Counted from the first letter of the stretch, positions 42,287 through 54,864 are shown. The stretch is 64,000 nt of DNA from Paraspadella gotoi (GCA_051294375.1 CM119266.1:24878659-24942658), one strand, 5' to 3'. Numbers and translations are program-made. The notes: generated by a model from the letters alone, not told the origin.

Positions 42287-44935
42287 GCCACTGCGAGCCA
42301 ATGCACGGTCGACGCCACCAAAGTCAACCTCAGCGCCTTCGAGAACAACACAGACCCTGGGCATTGGTTCAGGTTCTCAACCGGTATAATCATCCAGCAA
42401 ATCGTCTCTGCCACCGTCGATTGTCTCAACACGGAGATACTCGCCCAAAGACACTCTCTCCTCGACACGATCGCCAAACTGGAGCGTCGGATCGACGGGA
42501 CCGACGCGACGATCGAGCGACTCAAAGGCAACGTGACTCGATTGGAGGAGGAAAACATCGTCCTTCGTGACAGGGTCATCGCGTTGGAGACCAACGCGTC
42601 CGACCTGCGGGACTTCAGCATCGAAGCCGGCTCTTCCCTGGTGAACGCCTCGCGGGAGCGGCAGATGCTGACCCAGGTGGACGAGGAGGCGGGGAATCGA
42701 TTCGACAACTTCACCAGCGGAGCCGCCGTCTCTTTTGAGATGCTGACCAGTTGGGACGGTTCCTTCATGAACGAAATGGCCGCCTTCAGGATGTACGCCA
42801 CGGAGGCTTTGGGAAACGCCTCCTCCGTCCGGGACGATTTGAAGCGGACCGACGTGGCCCTGCAGGGAGTCTTCGACGAATTTCGCATCAACGCCGGCAA
42901 AGCCCACGCCTCGTTAGCCGACGGCATCCTCGACGTTGATAAGAAACATTCGGCGCTAAAAGTCGAATACGAGAATTTCACCAACACTCCTTACTCGAAA
43001 CACACAGAGTCAGTGAAACGTTTCAGCAGAACTGCATCTGATGAAAGATTTACTATCAGAGAAAACATTACTACTCTTAAAACCAATTTTGAAAATCATT
43101 CGCGGGATATAAGCAATTTTACAGATTACACTTATCCAGAGCACACTGAGTCTGTAAGAAATTTTTAGTATTGTGGCTACAAATTCATTATATACTGCAT
43201 CCACTGAAAGAAATGATATTAGAGCAAACTTTACCTCTCTTAGCAATGATTATCAGAATCATTCATGGAAGGTTACAATTTTACAGATAATACCTTTCCA
43301 GAGCATACTCTTTCAGTGAATCAATTTAGTATTGTGCTACAAATTCATTATATACTGCATCCACTGAAAGAAAATTGATATAGAGCAAACTTTACCTCTC
43401 TTAGTAATGATTATCAGAATCATTCATGGAAGGTTAGCAATTTTACAGATAATACCTTTCCAGAGCATACGTTATTCAGTGAATCAATTTAGTATTGTGG
43501 CTACAAATTCATTATATACTGCTTCTACAGAAAGAAATGATAATTAGAGCAAACTTTACCTCTCTTAGTAATGATTATCAGAATCATTCATGGAAGGTAA
43601 GTAATTTTAACAGATAATACCTTTCCAGAGCATACTCTTCAGTGAATCGATTATTATAGTGGCTACAAATTCATTATATACTGCTTCTACAGAAAGAAAT
43701 GATATTAGAGCAAACTTTACCTCTCTAGTAATGATTATCAGAATCATTCATGGAAGGTAAGTAATTTTACAGATAATACCTTTCCAAGCATACTCTTTCA
43801 GTGAATCAATTTAGTATTGTGGCTACAAATTCATTATATACTGCTTCTACAGAAAGAAATGATATTAGAGCAAACTTTTCTCTCTTAGTAATGATTATCA
43901 GAATCATTCAATGGAAGGTTAGCAATTTTACAGATAATACCTTTCCGAGCATACTTATTTCAGTGAATCAATTTAGTATTGTGGCTACAAATTCTTATTA
44001 TATACTGCTTCTACAGAAAGAAATGATATTAGAGCAAACTTTACCTCTCTTAGTAATGATTATCAGAATCATTCATGGAAGTGTAAGTAATTTTACAGAT
44101 AATACCTTTCCAGAGCATACTCTTTCAGTGAACCGATTTAGTATTGTGGCTACAAATTCATTATATACTGCTTCTACAGAAAGAAATGACATTAGAGCAA
44201 ACTTTACCTCTCTTAGTAATGATTATCATAATCATTCATGGAAGGTAAGTAATTTTACAGATAATACCTTTCCAGAGCATACTCTTTCAGTGAATCAATT
44301 TAGTATAGTGGCTACAAATTCATTATATACTGCTTCTACAGAAAGAAATGATATTAGAGCAAACTTTACCTCTCTTAGTAATGATTATCAGAATCATTCA
44401 TGGAAGGTAAGCAATTTTACAGATAATACCTTTCCAGAGCATACTCATTCAGTGAATCGATTTAGTATTGTGGCTACAAATTCATTACATATTGCTTCCA
44501 CTGCAAGAAATAATCTTACAGATAAGATTTTTTCTCTAAAAACCAGTTATGAAAATAATTCACGAGACATGAGTAATTTCACAGATTCCACTTACCCAAA
44601 ACACACTGAATCAGTGAAACAATTTAGTATTAATGCTACAAATTCATTTTATACTGCATCAACTGAGAGAAATTCAATTACAGAAAACATCAATTCTCTC
44701 AGAAAAAGCCACACAGAACACACAAATTCAGTAAAACAATTCAGTACAGTTGTGACAAATTCTCTTATCACAGAAAGCTCTTCACTGTCCGTATTTCAAA
44801 ATGCCTACTTAGCTTTCAGTAAATATGTAGCCACAGCAGTTGTGCAACACTTTCAAGCGAGTTTTGTTGTCTTTGATGGGAGAATAATCGGCGGCAAGAA
44901 TGACCTCACCGCGGTTTCAAATTCTCTATCTAACA
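42287..44935 (+). CDS. Large exon of an uncharacterised coiled-coil glycoprotein
   Basis: Open from 42287: ATASQCTVDATKVNLSAFENNTDPGHWFRFSTGIIIQQIVSATVDCLNTEILAQRHSLLDTIAKLERRIDGTDATIERLKGNVTRLEEENIVLRDRVIALE..., then 54-aa repeats with indels between ~43165 and ~44090, then open to NSLSN. Phase-1 donor AACA|GTAAG at 44935/44936. Many N-x-S/T sequons. Confidence 0.8.
43116..44574 (+). repeat. Coding tandem repeat, 162 bp (54 aa) x ~9 plus diverged flanking units
   Basis: aattttacagat recurs at ~43116, 43277, 43439, 43603, 43763, 43924, 44089, 44251 and 44413. Unit: NFTDNTFPEHTLSVNQFSIVATNSLYTASTERNDIRANFTSLSNDYQNHSWKVS. Confidence 0.95.
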
Positions 44936-46236
44936 GTAAGTTATTATTCACGGTTGTTTAGCGCCAGTAATCCAAAATTAAGTTTGTTAGTTGGTCGAAA
45001 AGCTAAATTTTAGTAGTAATAGCAAATCCTTTCGCGACCATTTGAGGCGTGTTCTTGATTGATTTTTTAAAAGATTTTATATCATAAGAAAACCCTATTA
45101 ATGGTCTAATCAATGGCTTATCTGAATTATCGTAATGTTGAGTAATTTTTGAGCATGTTCTTGACTGTTTTGAATAATTATTTTATATTATTTTTTTTGG
45201 TGTCACTCGCGAACGGACGCGGATTAGAAGACAAAATTTGGACTATTAATAATTTAATAATAGTCATACAGTATTATACACGGATTTTAAATGGGAGTGA
45301 AATGAAAAGAGTTGTTATAACTCTTAACTGACTGACTGTCATTAATGTTTGTTCATTTAATTAGTTGGGAAAAGTCCCTGACGTTTATGTTCCTATAAAG
45401 CAAATTGATAATAGTTTAATACATTACATTATAGCTAGGGGATATTGAGGATTTGACTCGAATCGATTTCGTAATTAACCACAGTATTTTTTAAAAAAAT
45501 GGTAATCTTAATGTTATTTCGAGAGTATTATTTTTTTTTAAATTTTTTAAGATTTGCATTCGCTAGCCTATTATTTAGAATAGTTCGTACGATTTCAAAG
45601 CGCTCGAATCCTGGGCAGCAGTTAGCGGAAAACGCTTGTCCTGCAGCGCCCCCTCGAGCTGCCGAGGTATTGCATAAAGTAGAAAAAGTTTGCCTTCCGT
45701 TAAAAAATGTATTATGGATCATTTTTATAATAATCCTGGGTCGTGGGTCGAGCCCCCACATTGATAGGTCGCCCTGTAACTAAGGTCGGGTAGGTCTAAC
45801 TGGGCCTAGTAAGTGAGACGAGGAAAAATGGTGTGAAAAGGAGCGTATATGTAAGCGACTAAAAAACGACGAAAAAGGGAGAAAAAAGGCAAAAGGAAGA
45901 GGACCGGGCGAATGGTGAGAGAGAAGAAGCGTGAGTGAAAAAACTAACACCTGGGCTCGACCCCTGAATCCCCGAGAAGGAGGGTGAGGAGGAGGAAGAG
46001 GGATGACGAGGAGGAGTGTGCTCGGTTGCGAAGTCCAACCGGCTCTTTGTTTCGTTGGTTTGCTACTTTGGTTTAAATGATAGTTGTACTACTGGAAAGT
46101 CACCATTTCACCTCCCTTTCAAAATTACTTACTCACTCTCATTCTCACTGAAGTTGGCCCCACTGAATCTGACCACTGTCGTTTCTTTTAAATCTCTCTC
46201 TCTCTCTCTCTCTCCGTCTCTCTCATTTACATAGGT

Positions 46237-48440
46237 CTAAGCTCTAATGAAAAAAGTCCAGAGTGTTTTTTTTAATATATTCTTATAACGGTCCCCCATG
46301 TAGAATGATGGCAATATTGCTATTGTTAAGTTTAAAAAAAATCCGACGTTAAATATAAAAAATACTCTAACCAAAATTCTTCGGAAAATCCACCCCTTCT
46401 TTGGAAGATTTTCGCCCATAGAAGATTTTTTCGAATCTGGACTCCCGGTTGAAAAATTCTTAGAATTCCGATCGTTTAGCTCCTCTTTATGAAAATAACA
46501 AAATAAATTTAAAATGTAAAGGAAAATTTGAGATGATGATGATTAATACATCTATTAACGCCTGGCCAGTGTTGGTTCTTTAGGCGATCATAATAAACAG
46601 TAACAGTTTACAGATAATTCCTAAACTACTACATTTTGATCTATTATGACTGTTTTGACTGAATAAAAGTTTTACCTGAAAAAATGTTGCAGACCTATCC
46701 TGCAATTTCGTAAAAATTTTACATGTTGACATTACGTAAGTCTATAGTTGATGGCCAAAAATTCTTTAAAATCGGCACCGATCCTTTTAAAGTCAACACT
46801 AATATAACCGCTAAAATAAAAGAATTTTAATTAATCGATCATCCAAAAAATTTATATATTCGTCAATAGTAACAATAAGCTATAAAAAGTATACTATTTA
46901 ACATAGTATAGAGTCAACTACGCGCGTTTTAATCCCAAATTTATATTTCGTAACAGTAAATGCTAAACTACATGTTGTGGCGGTATATTCACACCGCCTC
47001 ACGTCCACCATCCTTCAAGCCAAATCCATTGGCCTCAAGAGGGAGAACACACCATCCCAGGGCGTAGTGTTCCATCCACATCCCTAATGACTTCCCTCTG
47101 CCGTTGGCAACGCGACGACCGTCCTAGAGCTTAACCGTGCCAGTGACTGGATGCATCCACTGAGGTGGAAGCGCCCCAAAGCCAACAGTGAGATGCCCCA
47201 TCCAATGGCCATCACGGGCAACCCGCGCTGTTGCCATAATTGGTGAGTGCTACTATCGAACACGGAACCTTCTCAGGGTAGGCTACGCACAAACGCCTAT
47301 GCCCTGCCCAACTTTGGGTACGCTACAACAAACGCTATGCCCCTGGGTACGCTACGACAAACGCCGATTTGCCCCACAACTCGCGCTCTCTCTCTTCTCT
47401 CCCACTATGGTAACTGTCTTGTCAGACACCTCTCAGGCTTGAGAACCTGAGTGATGTCTTGGCCCGGGATCCTGTGGCGGTATATTCACACCGCCTCACA
47501 TCCACCATCCTTCAGCCAAATCTATTGGCTCAAGAGGGAAAACACACATCCCAGGCGTAGTGTTCCATCCACAGTCCTAATGACTTCCCTCTGCGTTGGC
47601 AAAGCGAAACTGTCCTCGGGTAACCGCGCCAGTGACTGGATGCATCACTGAGTGTCGGAAGCCCCCGAAGCCAACAGTGAGATGCCCCATCCCAATGGGC
47701 ATCACAGGCAACCCGGCTGTTTCCATAACGTGACGTTATACATGACTCTGAAAACAGTATTAAACAGCATTAAACCGCAATGTCTCGTAAGTAAAAAAAG
47801 TTAAAATAAATATTTCTAAATTCTAATGCACAATAACGAATTTTCTTCAATACGCGATCCGCAATAACGAATTAACTTTAATACGCAATATCAAATTTAC
47901 TTTAAGTGTTGAACTCGTCTTAATTTAGATTTAGAGGTTTGTATTTCGTAATAATGAGGAAGTTTGGCACGATCGATCTCCGGCCGTCTGTTCGACTCCT
48001 AGCTTTACTCCCCTTTGTTGCACTTTCCCACAGTTTGAAATTGAGCTCGAAACCCGCTTCCAAGTAGGTTTCCTCGTACCTTGAGTGAGATATTGTTGAA
48101 TGCTTTGGTTTTGAGAGCCCTTCAGACACTTTGCCAGAGGATTCCTGAATTTGACGTCATTTATGAAACCGGAACATATCTCAATCACGTTTATATTGTC
48201 TTGAAGGGAAAAAATCCCTTTCATTTCTATATAAAATCAAAGATGGGAAATTTTTTCGTACAGAAGCAATCTATTTGTCCTGGCTTGTTTGATATCAAGA
48301 TGTTGATAATTTGACAAGAGAAGAAGCAACAGGATCGGAATCGAGTGTTTTTACCGGAATTTTTCCAAGGGGAGTTTACATTGTTTGGTAGTCAGATTTG
48401 AACGAAAATCTCCATTGAAATAATCTTCCTCGATCTCAAT
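46237..48440 (+). mobile_element. Dispersed non-coding repeat; long copy of the element at 62501-63174
   Basis: 46237-46520 matches ~62511-62790 (ctaagctct...gaatgatggcaatattgctattgttaag...ggaaaatccaccccttctttggaag). 48110-48440 matches ~62795-63155 (gagagcccttcagaca...gtagtcagatttgaacgaaaatctccattg). Confidence 0.7.
46976..47728 (+). mobile_element. TRIM-like miniature LTR element
   Basis: Direct repeats 46976-47239 and 47473-47728 (tgtggcggtatattcacaccgcctcac...ccataa) flank ~230 bp that starts with PBS-like tggtgag. No ORF. Confidence 0.6.
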
Positions 48441-48865
48441 AATTTACTTATTTGAAAAATTGTCACTTGCGCTGAAGAAGGTTCGAACAAGAACCGAAAC
48501 AAGTCCAATATAAAATAAAATCGTTGTTTAAAGAAAATTAAAAACTCTCTACTTTGTAAACAAAATAAAATAAAACAAAATATTTATAATATTTATATAA
48601 TCATTGTGTGAATTCCTTTCGATTTCGTTACGTTTGATTCAATTTAAAGAAATAAATTTATGAAATTGGTACAACCAATATAAAAATTATCCATTCATTA
48701 TATTATATTATATTTTTTTTGGCAACGGCAAAGTTTTATTTACAAAAATAATAAATATTGGACATGCTTAGTCTCTTAACTCGAGCCTTTATCAGCCCAA
48801 ATTAAATTTTTTTGGAGACATGGTTTGAAAGAGAAGAAAAAGAAGTGAGAGTGAAAACAAACTTG

Positions 48866-48908
<43 letters not shown>

Positions 48909-50092
48909 TAATACATTTGAGCAATGTACAACAAACTTAAAAATTATCATTGAGGTGAAAACTAAAATTAAAATTAATTAACAAAATTAAATAAGTCAAA
49001 TAAGTTAAAATTTGAAAGTGTGAAATTGAAATTGAAAGGAATGAAAGAAGAAGGAGAGGTAAAAGTAAAAAAAATAGTAAAATAAGAATAAAGAAAAAGC
49101 TCAAAATGAGCTGCCCCCCCGTCGGCCTAGGAGGGATGTGACCAATGCTGTCGGGTCAAGGGCGCGTCACGGCCTAAGAGGACAATGCGGTCGAGTGTCA
49201 ATGAGCTGCGTTAAGCAGTGAGCAGTGGAAATAAGCCCAATGCTACTATAATAAGGAGTGTGCCCTAGTAGTTCTCTTAAGTGATAATTTAATATTGTTG
49301 GGGAAAAAAATCTTATTTGAATAAAAATTTTTTTACAAATTTATATTTCTTATTTTATCATAAATTGTACATTAAGTAAAAAATATATTAATAATAATTT
49401 GTGTTAAAATAAAAAAAAAATAAATTTTGACTTTCAATTCAAAAAATGGTTTATTTTAAAAATATTTAATAAATAATATTAGTGATGAGCGGGGTTTACT
49501 AGAGTTTATGTCCTACATTAGTATAATGTAAATTTTCCTGTATGGTTAATATAATTTTTAAAAATAAAATAAAAAGTTATTATTATATTGATAAAAACCT
49601 ACAATTATCTTCTAAAGATTCAGAAAAAAACTATTTGTTGGACAAACTCATTTCTTAAATTTTTAAATTTTTTACCTCATTTTAACTACTGTTCGGTTTG
49701 GGCCTGGCGAATGCAAATCTATTATCCGGTTGGTCAAAAATGAATAATTTCCGCATCTAAACTGAGTCATTAGTGCTTTCTTCAAATTTTGAAAACGTTT
49801 GCAAAAATTGGGCTTTAAAATATCCCCTATTTTAGCAACTGGTGCGCTTACCTTTCAGCAGCTTTTTTTGCAACTTTTTCCCTCTTATTTGTTAATTCAA
49901 TTTTCAACTCATTGGGAAAAAAATTGAGACAAATATTTTCATTTCTTTTACATTCATTAGTTAGTATAATGCAAAGAAATTCTCATTGATATATTATAAG
50001 GTTTATTTAGGTAATAGGCTCTTGCCAGATCATTGTTCTTTTGCAATATTTTTTCAAAGCTGAAGTTTTTATTTTCTATAAGTTTTAACTAG

Positions 50093-50906
50093 AACAAGTT
50101 TGAACAAACAATGTCGGACCTTCCTACGATAATTAATTAATTAATTAAGCGGTAATCAGCTAATCAGATGATAAATGATGATAATTCTCTCAATTTATGA
50201 TCATAACAGATCGTATCATCCCAAATCAATGACTGCGCATATACATGTAAATCGCTGGCCAAGGATTAAACTGAACTGTTACTATGGTACAAACAAATAA
50301 TTTTTTTGAACTATTATTATTTTTTTTAACTTTTTTTTTCAACTGGCAAAATTTTTTCAACAGGCATCATTTTTTCTATTTAATTAATTAATTAATCAAT
50401 TAATTAACTAATTAAAACATTTATGAGTATTTAAAATTTCAAGTCAACTTGACTTTGGTTTTTTCATGCAAACTCATTTCCACTCCTCGATTCCATCAAA
50501 ACTTTATATCCTGCTCAATCACACACTTTCCTACCCACACAAAATTTTATCTCATTCTATCCATCCAATTATGAATAATTTGAGTAATTATGGGTTAAAA
50601 TTAGTAAAAACATTCAAGGAAATGTGACTTATATTTCCTTATATATATTCAGCTCAATCACAAACTTTCCTACCCATATACAAAATTTCATGCTAATCCA
50701 CCTATTCAATCACGAGTTATTGGAGTTTTTTGTTAAGGGGAACGGATGGACGGACGGACGGACATCATTTTTTTAAAATAATTTATCATAATTTGATGTT
50801 CTGACATTATTTAAGTGATTGCCCGACAAGATTGAGGGGGGGACCGACGGACGGACAAAGTGGATTATAGAGTCGGCATCTGCTTTTAAGCAGATCCGAC
50901 TAAAAA
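50093..50906 (-). mobile_element. Complete Helentron-associated (HINE/DINE-1-like) non-autonomous element
   Basis: On the minus strand: T-rich start, hairpin gtcggatctgc-ttaaaa-gcagatgccgac, (GTCC)n microsatellite, central subrepeats, degenerate 3' subterminal inverted repeat (..ggtccgac), short stem-loop gtttgttcaaac and ttgtt end. Confidence 0.7.
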
Positions 50907-51217
50907 CGTCATCGATTTTTTTACTAGGGTGCAAAATCTGAAGTTGCTATAACAAATAATTTAGCCACAGTATTTGATTTTTTCATTTCACTCTCATTTG
51001 AAATCCATGTAGGTATATAGGAAAAACATGAGAGTGAGGCGACTTACGATCGGTCTCTGTCTATAAACCTTCCTCTCTCCTGATTGAAAGAGAGGTAATA
51101 ACAGGACTCTGAGAGTATAAGAAAAAAGTTTATTATAAAACGTCTAAACTTACATTCCATCAATTATTTCATGTAGAGAATACAAAACATTTTGAAAGCT
51201 AGTATTTTCTCCTACAG

Positions 51218-51283
51218 GAATAACGGCCACTGCTTCCCTATTGGATAATTCTATTTCTCAACTATCATCGGCTGCTTTTTCAA
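51218..51283 (+). CDS. 66-bp symmetric phase-1 exon (ITATASLLDNSISQLSSAAFS)
   Basis: ttttctcctacag| acceptor and |gtaagt donor, 22 codons, open. The C-terminus resembles the 46-aa repeat end (ISSTAFS). Confidence 0.8.
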
Positions 51284-52492
51284 GTAAGTCAGTTATAGTA
51301 TGTCACAGAAGTATACAAATTTGAAATATGAAATAGTAAAGATTATCTCCTCTACAGAGTGTCTCAAGGGTACTGTCACTTTACAAATGATTACAGTGAA
51401 TCAGTACAGTTATAAAAATGCATTTACTGTACTTGTTGGATCAAGAAGTTCTTGCAGTTTTAAATGATGTCTTTATTTTTAAAATTAAACGATTATATCA
51501 CATGTTATCAGCACTCAAAGTGAATGTCGAAAATAACTTTTTATCAATTTTGAAAAATTAAAATCTTTCCAACTACCCAACTGGTTTGACTAAGCCAATA
51601 ACATTGGCAATGTTTTTTAGCTGCAGTCTGCTGGAAAATAGTTTTAGTAGTAAAATGTACTATATGTATCTAACATTATATGCGGAATCATAGCATACTA
51701 AATTTGTAGCATTTCACAGTTTTCTTAAGATAAACTTAATGAGCGTCCTTAAAAGCAAATTTTCTTCACAATCATTCTTTGCATCTTCTCTTCTGAAATA
51801 ATTATAATCATCAGCAATAATTCCTAATCAACAAAAATCTTAGGCAAGGGCTCAATAAACATGAACAATTTTTTTTCACAAAAAGCAGGACAACTTTAAA
51901 AATATAACATCACGTAAATATTTTGATCAATTGTCAAACCAAAAATCCTCCCTCATTTGAACTTCGTATTGTGTCAATAAAAAACAAACATGATAATGGA
52001 AATACAAAAAAAAAACTGCATGAAATCATCTTTCCGGTAGTTATTTCAAATTATTCATTCACCTAACCAATTTGACACATTATTGTGTATCCATATATCC
52101 ATTATTTGGAAAATAATAAAAAAAATTATTTGATGGGTAAATATTAACGTAATTGAATAATAATTTGTGCAAGTGAGAAAAAAACTACTCAGGAGCACAG
52201 ACTTAATTTTGAACATAATAAAAAAATTTACACTGTTTTAACAATAATTTTTAGTTACTTAGCAAGTACTTGCAGAGCAACTATTCAAATCAATTTTTGA
52301 TTTGTCCATCTCTCTACCACACTTACATTTTCAATATCCATAACTTTTATATATATATTATAATGTTAAAGGCAAGACTGAATAGTTGAATATTCTCTTC
52401 TAAAAGTAATAAAACAAAATCATCTTTACAATTCATCAAAAGAAAAACTTAATATTAGTGATATATATTAATATTGAACATTTTATTCATAG

Positions 52493-52630
52493 GTTTGAAT
52501 ACTCTCTCCAAGTCCGCTTCTATAAATAGTCAAAAGTTGGTTGAAGTCAATAATTCTGCTTCTCAGTTACAAACTTCTATAAGAGATATTTCAAGCAATA
52601 TATCTCAAATATCATCTACAGCATTTTCAA
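52493..52630 (+). CDS. 138-bp repeat exon 1 (most diverged)
   Basis: ttcatag| ... |gtaagt. LNTLSKSASINSQKLVEVNNSASQLQTSIRDISSNISQISSTAFS. Confidence 0.85.
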
Positions 52631-53086
52631 GTAAGTATTACAATGTTAAAAATTATAAAACTTTATGTTCATATAATAGCACTTGAGTGATGGTTCATTT
52701 ATATGCTTCTATCGTTTTTATTGCAAATTTATAAAATTATGACAGTTTTCAATTTAAAGCTTTATGTAGACAAAACATTTCAAAGTTAGATCTTATATTC
52801 AAAAAGTACTATTATCAAAAAAAGATAATAACACATTATCAACAAAATCATTAATATACATATTCATATCAGCTACAGTACATAACCAAGTATTGATGAA
52901 TGCAAATCAGCAATAACTTTTCCCAGATGGCTTCACAAATCATAAAGTCTTTAAAAACCTCTGTCAGCTCACTTTCAAGTATTATTTCTGTTTTATCTTC
53001 AACTGCTCTCACAAGAGTATTAGAAATGTACTGAAGAGACAGTAATTATTGATATGTTTTAATGACAGAACCGTTCAATATAAGCA

Positions 53087-53230
53087 GTCCCTGAGCTTCG
53101 GATCAGGCTGTAACACCATGATACAGGCGGGTTAAGCGCCCCGTCCCTCTTAACTGCTAGGCGACCACCGAGCTAGAACCCCGGACCTTTGGGTTGGGAG
53201 GCGAATGACTTGCCTCCGGCACCAATGGCC
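53087..53230 (-). mobile_element. tRNA-derived SINE-like element (Gly-CCC-like head)
   Basis: Minus strand ggccattggtgccggaggcaagtcattcgcctcccaacccaaaggtccggggttctagctc resembles tRNA-Gly(CCC) (GCATTGGTGG..TCGCCTCCCA..GGGTTC) with degenerate A/B boxes and no intact acceptor stem. Confidence 0.5.
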
Positions 53231-53647
53231 GCTGATGAACGGTTGGTGGATTTTAGTCCACAATAGTACTGTGGATAATAAAAGATATCCCGCTTTTAAC
53301 TTCAAAAACACAGTAAATTAATTTTAAGGAGCTATAAACTTAAGAACTTGATTAGTGAAAGTTATTTCTCTAGCAGAACGATTGGGGTTGATCATATGAT
53401 AAGAGCTCTCGGGAATAAAAATTGTATTTGGGACAGGGCAGGCGAGAGAAATGGCGGCCCCCCCCACTGGCCCCCTGACCAGTCCCCCCGCTCTCCATAA
53501 TTTTAGTTTTAATTTTATATGCGAAATGCGATATGCAGATCCGACTAAAAATCTTCATAGGTTTGCAAGCGGCGGTTTGAGAATTTTCACCATGCTAAAA
53601 TGCAATATAATGATACAACAAAAATACACTTCAATTGTTCATTACAG

Positions 53648-53785
53648 GTCTAAATAATATCTCAACATCTGCATATTCAAACAGTCAAAAATTAGTCAAT
53701 GTCAGTAATTCAGCATTGGTATTAGACGCTTCTTTGTTTGATATTTCAAGCAATTTATCAGGAATCTCCTCAACAGCTTTTTCAA
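53648..53785 (+). CDS. 138-bp repeat exon 2 (A type)
   Basis: attacag|GTCTAAAT...TTTTCAA|gtgag, 46 codons, open. Confidence 0.88.
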
Positions 53786-53973
53786 GTGAGGATAAGATAA
53801 AAATAAAAATTATTACATAGTGTGTTTTCTAGATTACCCGAACAAATTGTGATTGTTCTTTTTTTTATATACATATGTACTTTAAAAATTATTTTTAAAT
53901 TAAGCCCTTCACTTTTATTGCTTAAAGTTAATAGGTATCCAATGATATAACAAAATACCATGTAATTGTACAG

Positions 53974-54111
53974 GTCTAAATAATATAGCAGCATCTGCAT
54001 ATTCAAACAGTCAAACATTATCAGATGTCAGTAATTCAGTGTTGGTGTTAGACGCTTCTTTGATTGATATTTCAAGCAATGTATCACAAATCTCCTCCAC
54101 AGCTTTTGCAA
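53974..54111 (+). CDS. 138-bp repeat exon 3 (B type)
   Basis: gtacag| ... GCAA|gtgagt. LNNIAASAYSNSQTLSDVSNSVLVLDASLIDISSNVSQISSTAFA. Confidence 0.88.
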
Positions 54112-54864
54112 GTGAGTATAAAATAAAAATTACTAGTACATATATATTGGATAGTAAAGCAATGAGTAATTAATATAAATTATTTCTTTAAAATTGATAA
54201 TATTTACCAATGTTTTTATATGATATTAAGTTTTTAAATAATAATATTACTTCAAAATGAATAACTAAACTAAGTGATGTCATTTGTATAGTAGTAAAAA
54301 TACCTGGAAAAATTGCTGTTTATCTACATTGATAGTTGAAATTAAATATATTATTATGGCGTCAAAGGTATCGCCATCACGTGATTTGCCCAAGTTGGTC
54401 ACTATGTTGTATGGTCTCGAGGGAAACCAGTCTCACTTTCTTGCTTTTTCTCTCTCTCTCTTTATTTGGTCATTGTCTTGCTCTCTTACGTCAGTCTCTT
54501 CTCACAACCTTTACCATTAACATCTCTCCCTATTTTGCATTATATTTGTTAATACATGTTATTATTTGCCACTACATAACTGGTAAGGCTGATGAGAATA
54601 CGCAAAGTTTCTTCTGATACAAAATTAAGAAAAATGGAAAACACGACAGAACTTTTCTAAAATGTTTGTATCCTTAAAATAAAAATGAAAAATTTGTAAT
54701 ATTATATAAATTAAATTTAAAATATTAGTTTTGTGAAAAAAATATTACTCTACTGTTTTATAATTTAAATATTTAAAATAAAATGTATAATGAAAATAAC
54801 TTACTTTTGTTGCTAAAAAGTTATTAATGATACAACAAAAATACTCTGCAAATGTTCATTACAG

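Noticed and set aside
42283-42987. 234-aa minus-strand ORF and overlapping 176-aa ORF
   Set aside because: Antisense shadows of the GC3-rich plus-strand exon. The plus frame has the heptad pattern and continues into the repeats.
51358-51430. Possible additional small exon after ctcctctacag ending ..KNAFT
   Set aside because: Weak donor (gtactt) and phase inconsistent with the phase-1 neighbours. Cannot be supported without RNA data.
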